Below, piece by piece: positions 57,596 through 64,000 of a DNA stretch of 64,000 nucleotides. A model generated the notes under the pieces. That model was given only the letters and a program-made list of their open reading frames with translations, was not told the origin of the DNA and made no database searches. This DNA comes from Thermoplasmatota archaeon (GTDB taxonomy: Archaea; Thermoplasmatota; Penumbrarchaeia; Penumbrarchaeales; Penumbrarchaeaceae), in the NCBI GenBank assembly GCA_965234725.1, contig CBDDUX010000038.1, positions 1 through 64,000 of the forward strand. Reading direction: 5' to 3'. The position numbers were made by a program, and so were the translations under genes. Positions within the stretch are counted from its first letter, which is position 1, and each line of letters opens with the position of its first letter.

Positions 57596-58723
57596 GTGGC
57601 TATAATTGGTGAGAAGGAGCCCCTCAACATGAATGGCAAGGGAAGAAGTCCAATTGGAGGTCTCCTCAGGGGTTTTAGGAAGAGACCCAACAGGTTCACC
57701 CAGGTACAGAAGTCGTTGAGAAGAAAGGGTGAAGGGAGGCTACCTTTATCATTCTATGGAACCTCTGACATTCTAACAAAGGAACAATGGAAGAAGACCA
57801 TTGAGAGATACAACCCAAGGGAAATGCTGGAGAATCTGGATAAGATAGAGGAGAAAGCCCTCCTTTCAGGAGCTGGGATCTCCGTTCCTGAGACCTATCT
57901 GTTGCTAGAAACCATGGATGACATGGAGAAGCTAAGGGAGTGGTTGAAGGATTGGAATGATGGATTTGCTATCAAACCAGCTTCAGGGCACGGTGGGGCT
58001 GGGATAAAGGTGATCAACAGGAGGACCGCCGGGAGGTTCATCACGATATCGGGCAAGGGTATAGGATCCGATGATATCATGGTCCATGCTGAAAGGATCT
58101 TGAGAGGTTCCTACACAAGGGGAGAACCGGACCGGGTGATCGTGGAAAGAAGACTCATCCTTGACCGATCGCTCAGAGAACTAATGACGCCGGGACTTCT
58201 GGATATAAGGGTGGTTTCATTGCACGGTTTCCCCTTGATGGCAATGACCAGGCTCCCCACCAGAAGGTCCAGAGGAAAGGCTAACATCCATCAGGGTGCA
58301 ATAGGAGCCGGGATCTCATTATGTGACGGAAGGATCACATCAGCAACCTTGCTTCGAAGGAATGTCAAAAGGCATCCCACATCTGGCAGACAGATCCTTG
58401 GATTCAAGTTCAATATGTGGGAGGATATCCTCGAGGTCGCATCTTTGGCCTCGGATGTTTCCGGATTGGGATTCGTCGGAGTTGACCTTACAGTAGATCT
58501 CAAAACCAAAGTAACCGTCCTTGAGGTGAACAAGAGGCCTGGGTTAGAGATCCAGAATGCTAATAAGGCAGGTTTGAAAAGGCGGATACGCTGGGTGGAA
58601 TCGATGGTTAAAAAGAGCGGGGATGACATCAAGGCCCTAGGTCCCGGTATCAAAGTCGAACTCTCAAGAAAATGGGATCAGAACGAATGGAGAAAACCAT
58701 TGGAGAAGATGGAAGAGGAATGA
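57596..58723 (+). CDS. ATP-grasp enzyme (alpha-L-glutamate-ligase-like / sugar-transfer-associated type)
   Basis: FAIKPASGHGGAGI, GL.DIRV, MAM.RLPT..S.GKANIHQGAIGAGI, HP.SG, LGFVGVD, LEVN.RPGLEIQNAN.AGL. Start uncertain. Confidence 0.85.
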   Translation: MAIIGEKEPLNMNGKGRSPIGGLLRGFRKRPNRFTQVQKSLRRKGEGRLPLSFYGTSDILTKEQWKKTIERYNPREMLENLDKIEEKALLSGAGISVPETYLLLETMDDMEKLREWLKDWNDGFAIKPASGHGGAGIKVINRRTAGRFITISGKGIGSDDIMVHAERILRGSYTRGEPDRVIVERRLILDRSLRELMTPGLLDIRVVSLHGFPLMAMTRLPTRRSRGKANIHQGAIGAGISLCDGRITSATLLRRNVKRHPTSGRQILGFKFNMWEDILEVASLASDVSGLGFVGVDLTVDLKTKVTVLEVNKRPGLEIQNANKAGLKRRIRWVESMVKKSGDDIKALGPGIKVELSRKWDQNEWRKPLEKMEEE

Positions 58724-60088
58724 TCAGGAGTGATCCTCCGGAGAGCTGTCCACAATGAGTCTGATTACCGATCCCCCTTTTAAAAAGAGTATATATCCAT
58801 ATCTATTAAGGCGTTCAAGCGACCTTTCGAGGTCAAATTGAGGTGTTTTCAGATCGAGATCTTCCCTTTTCAGATCGAAGTTACCTGACTCTTCAGCCTT
58901 GGTCCTTAACTGAAAGAATATCTCTCTGTCGATCGGCTTCAACCTGTCCCTCCAAGGGTGGGATCCCATGGAGGATGTCACCTTCTCCTTCCTCATCCTT
59001 CTCTCGATCTCCTCCAGACCCCGTTTCATGAGCTCGCTGAAGAGTTCCTTCCCCTTTTCAAGTCCCGTGGGTTTTCGTGAAAAACCAGAGCCGTCGAAAT
59101 GTTTTCCAATGCTCAACCTTGTCAGTGACATGCCAATTCTCAGGGCTGAAAGGGGATCTACCGATGTTGCAGAGAAACCATCCCAGATCGCTTCCCTGTG
59201 GGCAGCTTTGCTCAGATCTTCTGCCATCTCCGAGATCGCTTTCTCTGTTGGTGGAGGAGTGTACAATGCAGTAAGTTGATACTCCAGGACATCCAGGTCT
59301 ACAGATTCCTTCTTGGTCATCATTTCAGCGCTGTTCAGAACAAAAGGCAAATGGATCGGGACCTGGACCTTCCTCAAGGTTTTGAGATATTTCACTTTTC
59401 TTATGACCGAATATGCGTTCTCGGTTGATCTTTCCTTCTTGAAATCCTTGTAACCGCTGAGTGAATCGAATATTGAATATCTGTACTGTCCGGAACCCTT
59501 CAACCTGAATTCGAGTGGAAGCTGAGAAAGTATGGTATTTGATACATCCATGGGGGTTCCGGAACCTCCGATCCTCATGGTCTCAAGCCCTTCCGAACCA
59601 AGACCACCCTCCCCATATACAGAAGGAGGAGCAGAGACGAAAAGAAGTGAGATAACCCTATCAAGAAGGTCCTCATCAGCATATTTCCAGTTGGAAGAGG
59701 TCCGATATACAAACTCATCCGCAGGAAGGTTTGGTGGAGGGAGTGGGATCCTAGCTTCACGGACATCCTGGGCCTCCACTACGGTACGATATTGGGTTTC
59801 CATGGATCCATCCTTTCCGGATCCAAAAGGTAGAACTGCCTTCTCCGTCTTGCCGGGAACTATCTCAACGAACTGCCCCTCCTCTATCTTCCCTGCGATA
59901 TCCTTCGGAAGAAGATAGACACGACCTCTGTCAATATCTGTGAAGCGGGAGCCTTGAAGCTTGATCGTGCCTGAATTGATGAAATGAACAAAACCGAAAT
60001 CCACATGATCCCTGTCAAAGAGCAACATCTTCTCCAGTTTACAGAACTGGGAACCAAACTCCCTTTCAGATAATCTGAAGGAGGACAT
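58724..60088 (-). CDS. Hypothetical protein with probable degenerate MCM-like architecture and C-terminal winged helix
   Basis: 454-aa ORF. See the finding; no intact Walker A/B. Confidence 0.55.
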   Translation of the reverse strand: MSSFRLSEREFGSQFCKLEKMLLFDRDHVDFGFVHFINSGTIKLQGSRFTDIDRGRVYLLPKDIAGKIEEGQFVEIVPGKTEKAVLPFGSGKDGSMETQYRTVVEAQDVREARIPLPPPNLPADEFVYRTSSNWKYADEDLLDRVISLLFVSAPPSVYGEGGLGSEGLETMRIGGSGTPMDVSNTILSQLPLEFRLKGSGQYRYSIFDSLSGYKDFKKERSTENAYSVIRKVKYLKTLRKVQVPIHLPFVLNSAEMMTKKESVDLDVLEYQLTALYTPPPTEKAISEMAEDLSKAAHREAIWDGFSATSVDPLSALRIGMSLTRLSIGKHFDGSGFSRKPTGLEKGKELFSELMKRGLEEIERRMRKEKVTSSMGSHPWRDRLKPIDREIFFQLRTKAEESGNFDLKREDLDLKTPQFDLERSLERLNRYGYILFLKGGSVIRLIVDSSPEDHS

Positions 60089-61321
60089 TCAGATCTTCCC
60101 TCCCTGGGACCTTCTCGCACTCCTCCTTTCTGCTCTCTTCATCTTCAGATAATCCTTAAGGTCGGTCTCAAGGTCGTTGGTTGTCCTCAACCTGTGGAAG
60201 TATAGAGCGGAAAGACGTCTAAGGTCAGAATATGAGTCCAGATCAAGTGTCAGATCCGCTGAGACCGGAGCGACTTTCAGGTCTACCCCGGTGGCTCTCA
60301 AGAAGCATTTTTCTGCTTCGGTAATTGCCATATTCCATCTCATTGCCCTTATTAACGGACGTCCGAACTTATAGATAAGATATGGATATGTCAATGGGTT
60401 TGCACCCATCTTCCTGAGGGAATAGAACCGGTTAATGAACTTCCTGTTGACCCTGTCGAACCTAGTAATGAACATATTACCCATCATTAGATGTTTTCTT
60501 GAATCCCTTTCACCGAAGATCCCAAGATCATCCTTAATAGGGATGCCGAACTTATTCAGATTTCCGGAACGGGGATGGTTAGGGCCGACAGCCCCCATTG
60601 ACGTCAGATCGTTCCTCTCGATGAAGACCTTGAGTTCCTGACGGGTTCCCATGCCGAACCTGATATCCGGGTCTCCAGGCCTTTCAAAGGCCCTTTCCAG
60701 GAACAATGAAAGGTTCATGCCGGTCAATAATGGGAGATCCCCACCTATAACAAGCATATATTTTCCTTTGTAACCAAGGTCCTTAAGGACCTTCTTTCCG
60801 ATCAGTATGTTCTCCCCAATGGACTCCCTCTGGTCCTCCACATGGAAACCGGATATTTCTGATCTGTCAAGTTCTCGCTGGATCTGTCGCCTGGGGCCGA
60901 TTATCACAGTCCTGTCTTTATCAAGATATCTACATTTCTGGACACCAAGGAGAACCTTGGAGATAGGTGCTTCTCCTTTCCTGGAAAGGTATTCCAGCAG
61001 GTCCTTCTTATTTCGTTTGTATATCCTGTCCCCGGTCTTCCCTGCGAAGTATAATACCCTCTTCAGGAAATTGATATTCTGCTGGGATATCAGGTCCGGG
61101 TGGAGATATAAAAGGGTCTTGTTCTCTCCCACAATGTAATCATCCCTGTTGATCCGGGAAGCAAGACTGGCCTCAAGCTTCTTTTTATCAACATTCCAAA
61201 GGCTTGGATGGGAAATGCGAAAGAATACTCCTCTTCTTCTTCTCCTTCTAAGCTGCCGCTTGATCTTTGCATTTCCCGCCAATACGACTGTGGCGATACC
61301 TTCTATTTCACTTACGTCCAT
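60089..61321 (-). CDS. MobA-like NTP-transferase (GT-A fold) protein
   Basis: TVVLAG, SIGENI..G, LVIGGDLPLL, GNMF, FYSLRK, LDLDS..DL. Confidence 0.7.
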   Translation of the reverse strand: MDVSEIEGIATVVLAGNAKIKRQLRRRRRRGVFFRISHPSLWNVDKKKLEASLASRINRDDYIVGENKTLLYLHPDLISQQNINFLKRVLYFAGKTGDRIYKRNKKDLLEYLSRKGEAPISKVLLGVQKCRYLDKDRTVIIGPRRQIQRELDRSEISGFHVEDQRESIGENILIGKKVLKDLGYKGKYMLVIGGDLPLLTGMNLSLFLERAFERPGDPDIRFGMGTRQELKVFIERNDLTSMGAVGPNHPRSGNLNKFGIPIKDDLGIFGERDSRKHLMMGNMFITRFDRVNRKFINRFYSLRKMGANPLTYPYLIYKFGRPLIRAMRWNMAITEAEKCFLRATGVDLKVAPVSADLTLDLDSYSDLRRLSALYFHRLRTTNDLETDLKDYLKMKRAERRSARRSQGGKI

Positions 61322-61459
61322 TCCACATGCTCCGGATCGAAACTATGGACTGGTATCGATAATTGATGATATACAATTTGTCTGGGAAATGGGCATATGT
61401 GGTCCTGAGACCGTAAATTATTAACCAAGGTATGGAGCTGTTGATGTAGGAGCGGTGTC

Positions 61460-64000
61460 ATGAAGTATCCCAGGGCTGGTAGATCCTCCATATGGAAGGT
61501 GATCGCAGCTTTTTTCCTATTGATCGTCCTTTCGATCCAGTCTATCCCATCTGTTGGATCAGACATTACCCATATCAGCAGCCCATCAATGAATATCAAT
61601 GGGAAGACCTCAGAGACCTCAAGAGGATTATCTGACGCGGTAGGTCTGGAATATATCGCAATTGGAGAATCAAGGTTCCGGGATGAAATGGAACCTCTTA
61701 TAGAATGGAAGACCCAGAAGGGCGTGAAGGCAGGATTCTTCCCAATGGATGGGGAGGGAGGCATTCTCGAAACGTATTCAGGCCGTGATATTCAGGAGAA
61801 GATCCGTAATTTCATTATCGATATCTGGACCACAGGTGGAGAAAGCGAAGGTCCCCTCAAATGGGTCCTGCTTGTAGGTGATGGAGAGATCATTCCCCCA
61901 CGAAGGACCTTCGTGAACGGAAGTTCCGAATTCGGATCCGAAAATGATGAAAATTATGTTCTTTCGGACCTCTATTACGCCGGTCTTACCGGTTCCTGGG
62001 ATGAGGATTCAGATAATATCTTTGGGGAAGAGGATAGTTTAGTCCAGGAAATGGATGCAATAGCAGAGGTCAACGTTGGAAGGTTCCCAGCATCCACTGA
62101 AAAGGAGCTTAGGACAATGGTCAAAAGGCAGCTTTCCTACGAGAGGGACCCTGCACCGGGATCATGGACAGGATCAATGCTCCTTGCCGGTTCGTTGATG
62201 GATGCCCCAAATAACCAGGCATTGTTCGACCCATACAAGGATAACGCTTTCGAACTGATCACCAAGATCGAGGAAATGCTCCCTGATGACATATCACCAT
62301 ACCCCCTGCTGGACTACCCGAGGCTTGAGTGGGGAGGATATAACAGGATGTTCGACACGCTGAACGAAACATCCTTTACCAAGCATTTTGAAGCAGGATT
62401 CTCAACTGTTCTTCTCGCCTGCCATGGAGATATCGATGGGAACTGCACTCACTATCAGGGGAACAGTGGCGGTAGCTACCCCTACTGGGCAGATTATGGA
62501 GTATATTTCAATTATACAACCGCTGAGACGATCAAGAACGGGGAAAGGACTCCTTTCGTATACATCTCCAATTGTGATTCATTGAACTTCACCGAACCTG
62601 ATGATTCCAATATGGAACGGTTGATGACAAACCAAAACGGGGGGGCTATTGGTGTCATTGGGGCTTCAGTTACAACCTACAGGGGAGAGTATTTCGATGA
62701 TACCTCATGGGGGAACTGGTGGCTTGCTGAAGAGTTCTTTGAGATATTAAATTACAACACCTCAAGACCAGGGGAAGCTTTGTACAAGCTCAAAGAGGAT
62801 TATGTCAATCATGTGAACATCAAGGACCTGGTACCTGCCGAGATAAGGATGTTCAACATTGACAACCTGGCCTACAATCTTCTGGGGGATCCAGAAGTTC
62901 CCCTTTGGTTAAGATCCCCTAAGAAATTAAACATAGAATATCCTGAGGAATTTTACCAGGGTAATACTTCCATTGAGATCAGGGTGAGGGATGAGGAAAC
63001 AGGGGCTTTTGTGGATCGAGCAACCGTTTGCCTGATGGACCCAGATAATGGTTCCATATACAAGGTCTATAGGTCTAATAACTATGGCGAGGTCCAGATC
63101 CCACTTGTAATGGATGACCTTGGTGAACTCCTTCTCACGGTCACAAAGGAAGGATATCTCCCCTCTGAGAAGATCATAGATGTGGTTTCTCTAAGGAATG
63201 TAAGGATCACGGGAGAACCAACCCTTGACCCATCCATTCCGATATATGGAAGACCATTCAGTGTCACTGTCACTGTTGGAAACACGGGCAACTCGATCCT
63301 TGAGGGGGTTACACTTTACGTTGAACTCCTGTCCCCCGATACGTCCCAGCGGATCCAAATACCAGAGGAAGGCATGGGAACCGCATTCCGATTATTATCA
63401 GGAGAGATCATCAACAAGACCATCACATTTGACTCGCCATTCCATAGTCTCAATGGATCCAGTACAAACAAGCTGACGGCATGGGTGGAGGTCCCCCCTG
63501 GGCCTCTGGAGAATGATATTTCGGACAACAGTATCTCAATCCAATTCAGAGCCAATGAAGAGCCTTCCCTTATCGGTCTGCCATCAGGCTTCCGGATCCC
63601 GGAGGATTCCAGTCTATCTGGGATCAATAAGACCTTGGACCTTTCAGGCCTGGTCATCGACGATGATTTTCCCGAGGAGTTGACATTCTGGACATCTGTG
63701 ATCTCAGGTAATATGACAACGGAGATATCAAAGGAAGACCGTCTGGATGTCATACCTGAAAATGATTGGAACGGAGATGGGCAGATACGGGTCTTCGCTT
63801 CCGATGGTTCTGTGACAGTCAGCAGAATGTTGGGTGTGATCGTTGAACCAGTCCCTGACCCACCTGTTTTCCGATCATGGCCAGATACCGTGGAAGGACT
63901 TGAAGATGAACCAGTAACCTTCCTGATCGAACTGATCGATGTGGATACCAATGATGGAGATCTGAACTTAACCGCCCCAGGATGGGAGAACATCAGTTTC
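61460..64000 (+). CDS. Secreted C25 (gingipain-like) cysteine peptidase with Ig/cadherin-like C-terminal domains; runs off the window end and is not in the ORF track
   Basis: Motifs read by hand from ATG 61460: signal peptide, EPLIEWKTQKGV, KWVLLVGDGEIIP, SDLYYAGL, EVNVGRFP, ACHG, SNCDS, GGAIGVIGAS, YNLLGDPEVPLW, then IPED...PENDWNG...ASDG. Confidence 0.88.
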   Translation, partial: MKYPRAGRSSIWKVIAAFFLLIVLSIQSIPSVGSDITHISSPSMNINGKTSETSRGLSDAVGLEYIAIGESRFRDEMEPLIEWKTQKGVKAGFFPMDGEGGILETYSGRDIQEKIRNFIIDIWTTGGESEGPLKWVLLVGDGEIIPPRRTFVNGSSEFGSENDENYVLSDLYYAGLTGSWDEDSDNIFGEEDSLVQEMDAIAEVNVGRFPASTEKELRTMVKRQLSYERDPAPGSWTGSMLLAGSLMDAPNNQALFDPYKDNAFELITKIEEMLPDDISPYPLLDYPRLEWGGYNRMFDTLNETSFTKHFEAGFSTVLLACHGDIDGNCTHYQGNSGGSYPYWADYGVYFNYTTAETIKNGERTPFVYISNCDSLNFTEPDDSNMERLMTNQNGGAIGVIGASVTTYRGEYFDDTSWGNWWLAEEFFEILNYNTSRPGEALYKLKEDYVNHVNIKDLVPAEIRMFNIDNLAYNLLGDPEVPLWLRSPKKLNIEYPEEFYQGNTSIEIRVRDEETGAFVDRATVCLMDPDNGSIYKVYRSNNYGEVQIPLVMDDLGELLLTVTKEGYLPSEKIIDVVSLRNVRITGEPTLDPSIPIYGRPFSVTVTVGNTGNSILEGVTLYVELLSPDTSQRIQIPEEGMGTAFRLLSGEIINKTITFDSPFHSLNGSSTNKLTAWVEVPPGPLENDISDNSISIQFRANEEPSLIGLPSGFRIPEDSSLSGINKTLDLSGLVIDDDFPEELTFWTSVISGNMTTEISKEDRLDVIPENDWNGDGQIRVFASDGSVTVSRMLGVIVEPVPDPPVFRSWPDTVEGLEDEPVTFLIELIDVDTNDGDLNLTAPGWENISF

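Noticed and set aside
5166-63993. Numerous short overlapping or antisense ORFs in the supplied track
   Set aside because: They are shadows of well-supported genes on another frame or strand and show no independent motifs.

Overview
Chromosomal window from an archaeon, most likely an uncultured Thermoplasmatota lineage. This is inferred from archaeal TyrRS/AspRS, TgtA, EF-1beta, a DUF6015-like protein, a choice-of-anchor-T-like protein and many Ig/FN3/C25 surface proteins. It is gene-dense and mixes translation genes (tyrS, aspS, tgtA, ef1b, tRNA-Asn), redox genes (thioredoxin, FprA, PDO), the AMP-salvage pair (R15P isomerase + AMP phosphorylase, no RuBisCO in the window), an AAA+/VWA pair and several very large membrane-anchored surface proteins. 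I recognised no transposase, integrase, Cas gene, reverse transcriptase or CRISPR array. The most unusual signals are: (1) an intergenic cassette directly after a divergent tubulin/FtsZ-family gene, made of two identical 48-bp repeats with inverted ends that enclose three consecutive hairpins; (2) a 111-codon in-frame insertion in the TyrRS KMSKS loop, bounded by a 7-bp direct repeat; (3) a probable catalytically dead MCM-like protein; (4) an AT-rich, apparently swapped beta-propeller module inside a surface-protein gene; (5) a membrane-anchored multi-OB-fold gene coupled to a TctA-like permease. All family assignments come from motif recognition by eye, not database searches.
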